The notes under the pieces are model-generated. The model was given only the letters and a program-made list of their open reading frames with translations, ran no database searches and was not told where the DNA came from. From Emiliania huxleyi CCMP1516 (lineage: Eukaryota), in NCBI RefSeq assembly GCF_000372725.1, contig NW_005201421.1, positions 372,001-400,138 of the forward strand: DNA of 28,138 nucleotides, given 5' to 3'. Of this stretch, positions 8,096 to 22,078 are shown in pieces (within the stretch, counting starts at the first letter, position 1; every line of letters starts with the position of its first letter). The position numbers were made by a program, and so were the translations under genes.

Positions 8096-10588
8096 ATGGC
8101 GCGGAAGGTCCGCAACGCGTCCTCGCGAAAGCCGCCACGGTCCGCACTCTTGGCCGCCGGTCCAGAGCCGCCGCCCGTCCCTGAGCCGCCGCCCACGCTC
8201 AACGTATGGGCGTGGTGTGCAGCACCAGCGAGCAGCCAGGCCTGCCGCTACTTTCTCTCGACGTGGGAAGAGAACCTCGCACGAAGCCGGTTGGCAAAGC
8301 ACCTTGGAGTGGCGGTTCACATCCGCGTGCTTCACCTGGGCAACTTCGAGGAGTATCTCGGCGCCCCCGGTGTCGGCCTCGGCAAGGGTGCGAGTGAGGG
8401 CGGCACTCCGGCCTCCGGCGCGCTTCCCTCCTCTTTTTGGGCACTGGGCAAAGAGCTCGACGCGGGCGACGCGGCTACGTTTCAGTCGGACGCAGTGCGG
8501 CTCGCGGTGCTCCGAAAGTACGGGGGCCTTTGCATGGAGCTGTCGACTCTGATCGACCGCGCGAGCGGCGAGCGGCTCCTCAACCTCTGGCAGTGCATCT
8601 GCAGCGACGGCTTCCAGTACGAGCGAGCAGTGATTGCCGACAATGTCGGCTTCGTGCTCTCCAACAAGGGGGGTGCGCAGTGCCTGGAGGTGAACCAGAG
8701 CCAGACGTCGCCTGACGTGCGGTTGGCAGACTTCCGATCGGTGCAGAGCTCGAGCTTGATGGCGCTTCCTGAGGACACCTACATTGCCACGGTTCAGCGG
8801 CTGCATTGCGCTGCGTTGGAGAGCGCCGACTTTCGGCGCGCGTTGCGGGAAGGTAGCTTTGTGCGCTTCCGGGGCCGACCTGCCTTTAGCAACTACCACG
8901 ACCCGACGTTTCGAGCGGAGCGTGCCGCCCACCTCCAACACTTGCCCCTGGCAGATGGCGACGTGACCGGGGTCCGCGTCCACGGCGCTGGGCTGGAGCA
9001 GTGGCTTCCGCGGCGCGAGCAGCGGTTACGGCTGGTCAAGGACTGCATTCGGGTGGAGTGGGAGATCAAAAAGGGTCGGATGCGCATCTGCGCTCCGCTC
9101 TTCCTCAACACGATCATGTCGCTCGTCATGGCGGCGGCACTGCGAGCGGGCAAAAGCCACCTCGACTTGCTTCAGACCACGGCCAAGCTCTTCTTCTTCT
9201 CCACTGCCTTTGTCGAGGCAGACTGGGTCAGCCGGGCGGCCGTTCTGAACAAGTTCCCTCGGACGGCCGAGTTTGGCACTGACTGGGGCGAGCAGCGCGA
9301 AGTCTTTCTCAAGGCGCTCAGCGGGCAGATGCGCTGCCCGCCGTACCCGCCAGAGATCCTCGGCGGCGTCCGCCTAGTCGATGCGGCGAGGGCTATGCTG
9401 GGCCTACGCGAGGCGATCGCGCAGGGACTCATGGGCCCCGAGCAGCTGAAGGGTCTCCCTCTGCTGAGTGCCCCGGTGCTTTTTGAGGAGATGTGGCGGC
9501 TCTGCCGGGGGAGCAACATTGAGGTTGCGCCGGGCACCGACTCGGGCGCCGGTCGACGCCGCCGCATAATGCGCTTCCGGCGTCGAGAGCGGGAATCGCT
9601 GCCGCTTCGCACTTCTCCGCCAGCTCCTGAGAAGGAGGCCGCGCTGCCGCTCGGCACCTCGCCAGCGGCGGCGGCGCCTGGGCTGCACATCGACCTCATC
9701 ACCTTGAGCAAGGCCGGCACGGGCCAAATTCTCCTCGAGGCGCTCAAACGGGACGGCTACGCCTTTGTGCGCATCCCTGGGCTCGGCGCCGCGCGAGCTG
9801 CATGCCTGAACGCGAGCACTTCCTTTTTCGGATTGCCGGCTGAGCAGAAGCGGAGGCATCGGGTCGCGCCAAGTGCCACTTTGCGTCACGCGGGGTACCT
9901 CGATTTTGGCAATGACTTGCAGGCCTTTGAAGTGCCGCTCCGGCTCAATGGTGGCTTTGCCTGGCCACCTGACGGAGAGCTGCAGCGCGCCGCGCGTCGG
10001 GCAATCGGGCTGCTCTTCTCAGCGTCGAAAGCCGCGCTGGCTGCCGTCGCCCTCGCCGCGGGCCTAGACTCGGCAGCAATCACTGCGATGCTCGACCTGG
10101 CCGCGTCGTCCGAGGCTGGGCGATCGGCCGGGTCCTCGCTCCGCTTGTGCCAGTACGACGCCCCTGCGACCGAGTCGGCGATTACGCAACCCTGGCACAC
10201 GGACGGAACTTTATTGACTCTCGCCCCGGCCGGGACGGCTGCCCGGCTCGTGTGCCGCCACGCGTCCGACGGCTCACCCATCACCCCTGAGGCCTCGATG
10301 ATGCCGGACGAGGCGCTGATGTTTGCTGGCGACGTGCTCTCGTTTCTGACTGGCGGCGCCATCCCGGCGTGCATGCATGCCGTGCTGCCGCCGCCCGCTG
10401 CAGGTCGAGCCTCGATGCCCTTCTTCTTGCGTCCGGGGCGGAACGTGACGTTGCGCCCTCCAGCAAGCTGCGCGGGGGTGCAGTCCATCACCATGGCGCA
10501 GCTCGAAAGGATGGGGAACGAGCGCGGCATCCGGCAAGGCTGGCCGTGGAAGCAATCCACCTACTACACCGACCGCGCACCGCCTTGA
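8096..10588 (+). CDS. 830-aa intronless protein: N-terminal GT32/capsule-synthesis-like glycosyltransferase motif + C-terminal IPNS/DIOX-type 2OG-Fe(II) dioxygenase
   Basis: C-terminus: ALKRDGYAFV, FFGLPAEQK, LRLCQY, WHTD...GD.LSFLTGG...MHAV...RASMPFF (HxD...H...RxS). N-terminus: FQSDAVRLAVLRKYGG. Confidence 0.75.
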   Translation: MARKVRNASSRKPPRSALLAAGPEPPPVPEPPPTLNVWAWCAAPASSQACRYFLSTWEENLARSRLAKHLGVAVHIRVLHLGNFEEYLGAPGVGLGKGASEGGTPASGALPSSFWALGKELDAGDAATFQSDAVRLAVLRKYGGLCMELSTLIDRASGERLLNLWQCICSDGFQYERAVIADNVGFVLSNKGGAQCLEVNQSQTSPDVRLADFRSVQSSSLMALPEDTYIATVQRLHCAALESADFRRALREGSFVRFRGRPAFSNYHDPTFRAERAAHLQHLPLADGDVTGVRVHGAGLEQWLPRREQRLRLVKDCIRVEWEIKKGRMRICAPLFLNTIMSLVMAAALRAGKSHLDLLQTTAKLFFFSTAFVEADWVSRAAVLNKFPRTAEFGTDWGEQREVFLKALSGQMRCPPYPPEILGGVRLVDAARAMLGLREAIAQGLMGPEQLKGLPLLSAPVLFEEMWRLCRGSNIEVAPGTDSGAGRRRRIMRFRRRERESLPLRTSPPAPEKEAALPLGTSPAAAAPGLHIDLITLSKAGTGQILLEALKRDGYAFVRIPGLGAARAACLNASTSFFGLPAEQKRRHRVAPSATLRHAGYLDFGNDLQAFEVPLRLNGGFAWPPDGELQRAARRAIGLLFSASKAALAAVALAAGLDSAAITAMLDLAASSEAGRSAGSSLRLCQYDAPATESAITQPWHTDGTLLTLAPAGTAARLVCRHASDGSPITPEASMMPDEALMFAGDVLSFLTGGAIPACMHAVLPPPAAGRASMPFFLRPGRNVTLRPPASCAGVQSITMAQLERMGNERGIRQGWPWKQSTYYTDRAPP

Positions 10589-10805
10589 TGGGCCATGGGC
10601 GCGGCCACGGGGCGGGGGGCAAAGGGCGCGAAGGGTAGAGCCACGGGTGGCCAAAAGATTCATAAGCGGAACACCCGCGGTCACGAACCAATCTCAGTAC
10701 CATACCCCCGCAGAAGTTGGAACCCAGATAGTCGGCCAGCGCGCGCCGTGGACCTCGGCCACCGCAGCTCGTCGCCGGACCTCATCGAGGTAGAGGGTGG
10801 CGTGC

Positions 10806-11882
10806 ATGCTCCGCTACCTCGCCTCCAGCCGCTGGCACGCGACGCTCGCCGACCGGGCCGTGCTATCGCTCACGGGCGCCGACAGCCGCAAGCTGCTGCA
10901 GGGGCTGACGACGGCCAACGCCGACGAGCTCGCCGCCGGCACGCCGCTCTACACGGGCTTCCTCAATGCGCAGGGCCGCGTGCTCGCCACCGGCTTCCTG
11001 CTGCCGGCGTCGGAGGATGGTGTGGTCATCGACACGCACGTCGGCTCGGCGCCGCTCCTCCTCAAGCACCTGAAGCGCTACAAGCTCCGCTCAAAGGTGG
11101 CCATCGCTGACCGGTCAGCGGAGCTCGCCGTCGTCGCCGCGTGTGGCACCGCCGTGCCGCTCGAGCCCGCCGACGGCGTCGCGCTACCGGGCGACGGCGG
11201 CGCGTGGCGCGACCCGCGGCTCCGCTGCCTCGGCTGGCGCGGCGTGGCGCCGCGTGCGGACGGAGGCGACGCCCAGCCGCCTGCAGAGCTGCTTGGCGGG
11301 GCAGGGGGCGGGGAGGGGTCCTCCGAGGCGGCGCCGGCGGCGCTGCACGCGCTCTGCGAGGCGATTCTCGGCGTGGGCGACGGGCCCGCCTACTTGCCAC
11401 CCACTGAGGCGCTGCCGCTCGAGAGCAACCTTGAGGTGCTCGGCGGCGTCGCGTTTGACAAGGGCTGCTACCTGGGGCAGGAGCTGACGGCGAGGACGCA
11501 GTCGCGAGGCGTGACGCGCAAGCGGATGGCGCCGCTCGTCTCGGCCTCCGTCGCGGCCGCTCTCGGCCCGCCGCCGCCCGAGGACGTCCTGCCCGCGGCC
11601 CTCTCTCACCTGCCGGCCGCGGAGAGGGCACTCGCGGCGGCGCTTCCGGTGGAGGCGTGGCTGGAGGCGCAGCCGGGCGGAGGCACGCCCGAGGGGGCGG
11701 GCAGCGCGCTGCAGGACGCGGCGGGCAAGCCGGCGGGCAAGTTGCGCCTCTTCGACAGCGCGCTCGGCCTCGGCGCCGCGCTCTGCCGCCTCGAGGCGAT
11801 GGGCGGAGGCGTGCTCACCGCAGAGGAGGCGGGCGAGGTCGTCCCGCTGCGGCCGTCGTGGTGGCCGGCCGGCGTGCACTAG
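10806..11882 (+). CDS. IBA57: IBA57/CAF17/YgfZ-family folate-binding Fe-S assembly protein
   Basis: DRAVLSLTGADSRKLLQGLTT, FLNAQGRVL, YKLRSKV, DPR, LPLESNL and the signature KGCYLGQELTAR. First ATG at 10806. Confidence 0.95.
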   Translation: MLRYLASSRWHATLADRAVLSLTGADSRKLLQGLTTANADELAAGTPLYTGFLNAQGRVLATGFLLPASEDGVVIDTHVGSAPLLLKHLKRYKLRSKVAIADRSAELAVVAACGTAVPLEPADGVALPGDGGAWRDPRLRCLGWRGVAPRADGGDAQPPAELLGGAGGGEGSSEAAPAALHALCEAILGVGDGPAYLPPTEALPLESNLEVLGGVAFDKGCYLGQELTARTQSRGVTRKRMAPLVSASVAAALGPPPPEDVLPAALSHLPAAERALAAALPVEAWLEAQPGGGTPEGAGSALQDAAGKPAGKLRLFDSALGLGAALCRLEAMGGGVLTAEEAGEVVPLRPSWWPAGVH

Positions 11883-12019
11883 GACTGTGTGGGAATGCGG
11901 CGCGAGGTCGCGGAAATTGCCCCGCCACGTGTCGCACCGCGCGTGTGTGCCGGTGATTGGGGACGGCGGCGTTTTATGGTCGCAGAGAGAACACGCTCGC
12001 ACGAGAAAACGCGCCAACC

Positions 12020-13235
12020 GATTCTCCCCGTTGCTCCCGGAGATCATTGCTCTCCCAATCGCCAACCGCAATGCAGTCAAAGAATGCGAACTCGACAGGT
12101 GCAAGGAAGCAGCCATTGAGGTTGCTCGAAAGGGGCCGGTGGCGGTCCGGTGCTGAGTTGCTAGTTGGCTAGTTGAACTACTAGAGTTCGCATTCTCTTC
12201 GACATACTCAACATGGGTGAGCATGCCTGGACAACTAAGGAGCTCGAGCAGGCGGTGGAGACATACGGCATCAAGAAGGTAGACCTCAAGGCATTCATCT
12301 TGCAGGGCGCGGTGAAGCAGCTGAACGACTACACAGCACTCGGGGTGGACCTCGGCTTCTTCAACGAGGCGACCAAGTTATACGCAAATCGCAATCTGGA
12401 AGGCCTGCAACCCAGACTGCGTCTTCGATGCAACCTACACCGACTCGGGACCCTACCCGTCTCTCAAAACCGCTGAGAGCAGCTGCTACTGCAGAGGACC
12501 ATAGCACTGGTGAGGGAGCCAGTCACTCGGTTCGCGGCGGCGCTCGATCTCGAGCTCGAGCGATGCGACGGACTCATTGACGACACTCAGGGCCGCTGCA
12601 AGATATGTCACGCGACCAAGAGATGGAGCAATCATGAGGAGGCCACAATGCACCGCAAGGAGCTCTGCCGAGCTATGCGGAGCGGCTCGCTAATGCAACT
12701 GTTGAGCGAGGCGACGCGATCGGGCATCAACCGTTGCGCGACTAGCTGGAACCTGGCATGCCAGGCGGTCGACTACGGCCTCTATGCCAAGCAACTCACC
12801 ACGTGGCTGCACATGCTCCCGAAGGAGCGAATGCTTGTGCTCCACTTTGAGGACTTTGTTGATGACCGGCAAGAGAACCGCCGGCGCGCCTACGACAGTC
12901 TGCACCGGTTTCTCAACACCCGAATGCCAGCTTTTGACACCGACTTTATTGGAGCGAACGAGAGGCCGGGCCGCTACCTAGGACGGCTAATCGAGTGCGT
13001 GGTACGACAGTTCTTCGAGGAGCCAAACGCGGATCTCGTATCTCTGCTACGCAAGACGTGGCCCGAGCAGGCACCCTTTGCGTCCGAGAAGTACAATGAT
13101 GGCCTTGCCAACGGCCGCTGCAATGGCACGGATAGGTCAGCTGATCAGTGGTCATTGCCTTGGAGGGAGTCTCTCGAGATGATGAGGCGACGGCAGCAGC
13201 AGCGGAGAGCATCCGTCAATACTGGGGTTAGGTAA
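12020..13235 (+). CDS. Divergent sulfotransferase-family protein, spliced; 5' end unclear
   Basis: TTKEL, NEATKLY, TIALVREPVTR, YGLYAKQLTTWLHMLPKERMLVLHFEDF, LHRFL and FFEEPNADL follow the order of Sulfotransfer_1/HS-OST-like motifs. Likely introns 12099-12184 (GT-AG) and about 12403-12477. No canonical KxGT/S PAPS loop is visible. Confidence 0.6.
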
Positions 13236-13430
13236 GTGCTAAAGGGTGTCGTCTCGACACTAGATCTATGATACAGGGCTTGTCGACTTGTGGGGATAGA
13301 GCTCATGTGAGCGGTGTCAGCTGTGTTTATTATCGTACCAGTGCATGAGGTGACATATGTTGTCATGCTTTTTAAATTATTTTTTATAGAGCAACATACA
13401 TTCGATTGTTCAAAAAAACGACACCAAAAT

Positions 13431-15280
13431 CTAAATCCAATGCTGATGTGTGTGTACCTCCTCGTCGGTCCTCACGACCGATGGCTCTGTGGGCGGCGGT
13501 GCAACACGAAGCAGATCATGGAGCACATCGCTCAGCGCCAACTCGGCGCGGCGAGCGGTGCAGTCGTTGACGCCAAAAGTGAGCGTGAGCGCCTGGCCCT
13601 GCAGCATCATGCCGGTCACGTACTGTATCACCTCGCAATCGAGGCCGCGGCTGCGCTCCACACTCGTGCCTTCGCTCTCTCCTCCCTCTCCCCTCGATGC
13701 TGACGCCGGCGCTGACCTGCCGGTGAAGACGCCCCCCTGCTGCTGCTGGCGCGGCAGCGAGCCGATGCAAAACTCCGACCCGACCCGCCTCACCTGTCCG
13801 AGCAGCGGAGGGACACCGCGGTCAGCTCCGCTACGCCCGCCCCCCAACACACCTCGCAAGGGAGTGGGCACCTCAAAGGGTGGCGCGGAGCTGATCGTGA
13901 AGAAGAAGTGCGTGTAGTGGTGCCCAAAGGACGTGATGTTTTGCGGAAGCCGCTTGCCAGAGAGCGTGTCCTTGTACCCGCGGTGCAAGTGCGCGACGCC
14001 GAGCAGCTCTTCGCCTCCCGGGAGCGTCACAAACACGCCGTTGAGCGAGATGCGGCACTTCGCGGCGGCGCAGTCGAACTTGCACCCGCCGGCTCGCGCC
14101 AGGGCGACCAAGCGCGCGCTCGACTCGCAGCCGCCTACAAGAGCAGCGTTCCGCCTGACGGGCGCCGACCACATACCGACGGCGATGCGGCCGCCGTCGG
14201 GTGCGCGCCGACACGCATCCAGTCCAGCCCGCGGGTGACGTGAGCGACGCTGTCGACTCGCGCCCTCCGCCTCTGGCCCCTGGAGACATTCTTCTCGAGC
14301 CGCGACGTGCAGACGACGCCGGGGGAGAGCCAAGACATGAAGTAGAGCTCGCGCGAGGCGGCGGCACCGCTCGCCGGCGGCTGCCGCTCGAAGAAGGACT
14401 GGGAGCGGCCGCCGCATCTCTTGTCGCTCGCAGCCTTGCGATCGCCCACGGTGCGGCCGGGCCCGTCTCCGCCCCCGAGCGTGGCGACGAGGGAGGCGGG
14501 GCTGCCGACCAGCCTCAGGTGGAGCGGGCCGAAGCCGGAGGCGTAGCCCCTCCGCGGGAAGGTTCCGAGAAGGCTCACGCCTCCGCCGTGAGCGGTGAGC
14601 CGCGCGTCGACGACGGGAAGCAGCCCTTTGAGCGCCGACGCCTCGAGCAGTGGCGCCACGTCCGGAAGCTTTCGGTTGCCTCCCCGCCCGCTGCGGCGCG
14701 ACGCGTTCCGGGCAGCAGCAGGCGCGCGTCCCGCAGCCGCGTCGTGGCTTCGGAGCCAGCTCCAGTGGAGCGGCCGCCAGCTCGCGCTGAGCAGCATGAT
14801 GAGGGTGGCCTTGCGCCGACCGAATGCTGTCCGCGAGGCGTGCGAATACATGCGGAGTGGCCCCGTGAAGCCTCTGCACTGCGTCATCCAGTCGATGCGA
14901 ACGCTCGCGACCATCGCGCATGAGCTGCACCCAAGGCTCTCCGCGAGTGCCTTGGGGATCGCGACGACCGACGGGTTGTACGCCTGCCTCTGGAAGACTC
15001 CGGGCAGCAGCAGCGTTTGCTGCGGCGCAGCGAGCACCCGCAGGGGCCGCCCAGCCAGGAAACTTGCCGCCGGCTGGTCGAAGAGGCCCCACGTCCCCAT
15101 CCACATCTTCTTCTGCGAGTCGTGCCGCGAGACGTGCCGACCTGCGAGGCCCCACATCCCCACCCGGTGCTTCCGCTCGCGACGCCACTGGCAGAGCTTG
15201 GGCTGGCGACAGGCGAGACAGTTCGATGCGTTGCAGGTTCCGGATCCAGCGCGTGGCTCGAGCGCGTGCAGGCGCTGCAT
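13431..15280 (-). CDS. Putative five-bladed beta-propeller glycosyltransferase/glycoside phosphorylase-like protein (GH130/GT91-like), three exons
   Basis: Exons about 15280..14209, 14134..13872, 13793..13431. Motifs YNPS, DARL, LLGVAHLH, HYTHFFFTI, SEFCI, IQYVTG and LTFGVNDC resemble this fold. The family assignment is from recall only. Confidence 0.55.
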
Positions 15281-15744
15281 GAGCGGCGCGAAACTCGCGA
15301 AAAGAATTACGGTCCGCCGGGACTGGCGCGCACTGGCACTAACTCAGGCATACCTCGAAAAAGTTCGCCGCCAGCACGCTGCCACTACAAAGGCGTGGCT
15401 CGAGAAAAAGATTCCTAGAGCGGCACCTCACCCCAAGCCTAGCGCGCGGCGGTATTAACAAGTTCTAGGCCCTCCTCAAGGTGAAAGAGGCCTGTCTGTT
15501 CTAGACTCTCCTGGTGTGCTTGATCTGGTTCGGGCTTGTGGAAGTCTGCGTGCGTCCTTTGCTGGCTGGCGAGGATGCACTAGAAAAATGCACCTCGGGC
15601 GTTGCGTGCCCGACGCTGCTCCTCTCTGTGGCCGAGAGAGTGCGTGAACGCATGCACACGGGGCTGGCGACGGGGGGGGAGGCGGCGAGGTCGCACTACA
15701 GCGGGGGGAGAGACTGCGCAAAGTCAGCCACAAGAGGAGCCGCG

Positions 15745-16902
15745 ATGTCTGCCGTCTCTGGCTCCAGAGCTTGGGCCGCAATTGCCTTGATGGTCGTCAC
15801 CGTCGTCTGCGGCGCGAGCTCGACCCTCTGCGCCAAGATCATCTTCTTGCTCGAGGTGTACGACTCGGAGGGGCAGCCCACCAACTTTTTCAAGCCGCTG
15901 GTCGTCACCACGCTCGTGTATGGTTCGCTTCTCGCCTCGCTGCCGCTCCACGTCGCACAGTACAAGTTGCTGCGCGGATGGAGCACGCCGCTGCCACTGC
16001 CGCGGAGAGGAACCGTCCTCACCCTCCTATGGCCGGCAGTTTTTGACACGCTGGCTCTGACGTGCCTTCTCGTCGGACTGACAAAGGTGCGCGCTTCCGT
16101 TTACGAACCGATGCGAGGGTCGATCATCATCTTCACCGCAATCTTTCGTGCGGCGTTGCGCATGCCGCCCGTCTTGCAAGGTGGCCACCTTCTGGGAATC
16201 GTCTTGATCAGCGCGGCCGTTTGCCTGGTTGGCACCTCCGTGATGGTGGATTCCACGCCCGGGAGCGACCCGTCGAGCGGCATCCTCTGGATCACTTGCG
16301 GGTGCCTCCTTGTCGCGGCGCAGGCCGTGGCGGAGGAGAGAGTCATGGATTCGGACGGGAACGGCCCAGAGGCAACCACACCGCCCCTGGTTGTCAAGGG
16401 CATCGAAGCGGGGTGGGGAATGCTCTTGATGCTGTTCATCGCGCTGCCCATCGCTGCCCTCGCGCCGGGTGACGACGTCGGCGGCTGCTTTGAGAACTCG
16501 CGCGACTCTCTGGTCATCTTCTTCTCGCCAGACAACCCACTGCTGCGGATGATGATCTCCGCCTATCTGCTGGCAATGCGCTTCTACTCTCTCGGTGCCA
16601 TCTTCGTCACTTTCTACCTCGACGGCTTGTGGCGCTCCATTACGGAGTCCTTCATCCCCCTGACGCTCTGGTTCTTCTCACTGCTGCTCTTCTACTTCTC
16701 CGACGGGGCCCATGGCGAAGCGTGGACTCGCCAATCTTGGCTCCAGCTCGCTGGCACCGCCATCCTCCTAGTTGGGGTCGCCATCTACAGCAGCGTCAAA
16801 GCTAGCTCTGCGGCCTCAGCGAGTGAGCGAGCGAGCGAGAGCGAGTCGATTCATCGGACACTCAGCCAGAAAGATCAACTGTCAGGAAGCGCGTCGAGCT
16901 GA
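15745..16902 (+). CDS. SLC35F6-like EamA/DMT nucleotide-sugar-transporter family protein, intronless
   Basis: About 10 TM segments. FFKPLVVT, WPAVFD, ASVYEPMRGSIIIFTA, QAVAEE, GIEAGWG, ENSRD and WLQLAG match the SLC35F pattern. ATG at 15745. Confidence 0.82.
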   Translation: MSAVSGSRAWAAIALMVVTVVCGASSTLCAKIIFLLEVYDSEGQPTNFFKPLVVTTLVYGSLLASLPLHVAQYKLLRGWSTPLPLPRRGTVLTLLWPAVFDTLALTCLLVGLTKVRASVYEPMRGSIIIFTAIFRAALRMPPVLQGGHLLGIVLISAAVCLVGTSVMVDSTPGSDPSSGILWITCGCLLVAAQAVAEERVMDSDGNGPEATTPPLVVKGIEAGWGMLLMLFIALPIAALAPGDDVGGCFENSRDSLVIFFSPDNPLLRMMISAYLLAMRFYSLGAIFVTFYLDGLWRSITESFIPLTLWFFSLLLFYFSDGAHGEAWTRQSWLQLAGTAILLVGVAIYSSVKASSAASASERASESESIHRTLSQKDQLSGSASS

Positions 16903-17349
16903 CACACCCTCAGACCGCCTGCTGCGTGCCGCGCACCCAACCGCTACCCGCTACACAGTACGTCACTACACTCTAAAAAGTACCGGCACACGCTGTGCTT
17001 TCATATGCCGTGGAGATGCGAGGGTCGCCCCCCCTGCCCCACCACTTTGTGTGTGTGGAGATGTTTACCTTACCTTACCTTACCTTCCATATGCCAGAGG
17101 CCGTGGCGCGTGGGGCTCACAGAGGCTCTGCCGAGTGTATCGATATGGCTTTATACGTGCCCCTCCCCCGGCCGCACGCATTCAACCGCCGTAGAGCGTA
17201 GCACGTTCGATTTCGAAAAGGGAAACGACCAATGCATTTTTACAAAATTGTCTTTTTTCGCACATAATCTGACACAATCTCTGAGATGGCACACAGTCAC
17301 AAAAACGGCGTCGGCGAGCCACATACAACGGATACACACACGCGACGGC

Positions 17350-20638
<3,289 letters not shown>

Positions 20639-20901
20639 GTCGCCCCGGCGTGGGCGGGATACGGCGCTGGAGGCGGCTGGGGCCTGAGGCGGGGTGAATG
20701 GCGGACGGAGGTTGGTCGAGAGGCTGGCGCCTTGTCGCTTGGGTCGAAAAAGAATTTTAAAATCACTAGTGTGGGACCTGCGGCGGTACCCGTCTCTGTT
20801 GTTCGGGCAGTGAGAGACGCAGGATCTGCACGCCAAAGTGGGCCACTCCGCATTTGCATTTTGGTTTAGGGTTGTCGGAGATCATCCATCAGCACTCATG
20901 T

Positions 20902-21018
20902 CTCATCAGTCAGTCACGTCAGTCAAAGCAGTTCGTGGCACTCATCAGTCAGTCACGTCAGTCAAAGCAGTTCGTGGCACTCATCAGTCAGACACGTCAG
21001 TCAAAGCAGTCGTGGCAC
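20902..21018. repeat. 39-bp tandem repeat, three copies
   Basis: ctcatcagtcagtcacgtcagtcaaagcagttcgtggca x3. Confidence 0.92.
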
Positions 21019-21359
21019 GTGGAGCAGTCGCTGCATGCAACGGCGCCGCCACACGCTCCGGACGACCCCGACAACCGACACACCACGCACAATGGGAGGC
21101 TATCGCGCACGATCGGGCATCGCGCCGCAAACAACTCGCCGCACAGATGGGGGGGAGGCAGAATCCCACACACACCGGAGCAGCACAGACACCTTACACG
21201 TCAGCGCTCGCTCGATGTGGCCGGCGCTCTGTCCCCTCGGTCCTATCTCGCCTTTTCAACGGCGGCGTGCGGCCACGCGCCGCGCCGAGCCGGTCTCGGC
21301 GGGAGACCTCGGAGCCGCACGCGATGCGGGCATGCGCGATGGCTCCGTTGGCTCCGTGC

Positions 21360-22078
21360 CTAAGGCAGATCGATTAGGGTGTGAGCTGCGGCAGCCACCG
21401 TTTCTGTACCCGCTCGATCACGTGCAGGCCGTCGGAGGCCGCGCTGGATGGCCCAGGGCCGGCGGCGGTGAAGGCGTCCGTCGATGAAGGGATGTCGTCG
21501 AGGGAGCCATCGTCCTACGCCAGGTGCACCGGTCCAGTTGTCGGAGTTCGAGATCGCAGTCGACTTGGAGAGTGTGTTCGGCCCGTTGACAAACTCACGG
21601 AATGTGAGCGACTTGGTGCACGCTGGGTCGAGCATCATGACTCGCACCTCATCCTGGGCGAGGAACTCGCCCAGGGACCAGCTGTTGGCGTCGCCGTTTT
21701 GATCGAGCTGCATCCACTGCATGGTTTCGTAGTCAAGCGTAAACGCCCAGGAGTTGGTGCCTGGGTGACTTGCTGATGAGAGCGCCTTCCAGGCGGGTAG
21801 TCGTGCCCCTCACCTACGGTCATACGGCGGCGTCAGAGGGGGGGAAGGGGCGCGAAGCGTGAACATGGAGGCAAGCAGGTTGGTGGCTGCACCTGGCCAA
21901 AGCCGGCGACCTCGAAGTTGTCGTGGCTTGTGCGGATATCGCTGAGCGTGAGAGGGACCGGATCGGCAGCAGCATGGGCGGCCGCGTCAGCGGCCGGAGA
22001 GGCCGGAGAGCCATCCGACGGAGGCCGGTCGTGCATCGGCGCGTCAGCCGCAGGGGCCGGGGGGGCGGCGGCATCCAT
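21360..22078 (-). CDS. Hypothetical spliced protein or gene remnant
   Basis: ATG at 22078, MDAAAPPAPAADAPM...DNFEVAGFGQ followed by a GT donor. Downstream coding-like pieces (WMQLDQNGDANSWSLGEFLAQDE) could not be joined into a consistent model. Confidence 0.3.

Noticed and set aside
13431..15188. Single 585-aa ORF as the gene
   Set aside because: Its N-terminal portion is Arg/Pro-rich off-frame sequence. The coherent protein uses the 15280 frame and switches frame via an intron near 14135-14208.
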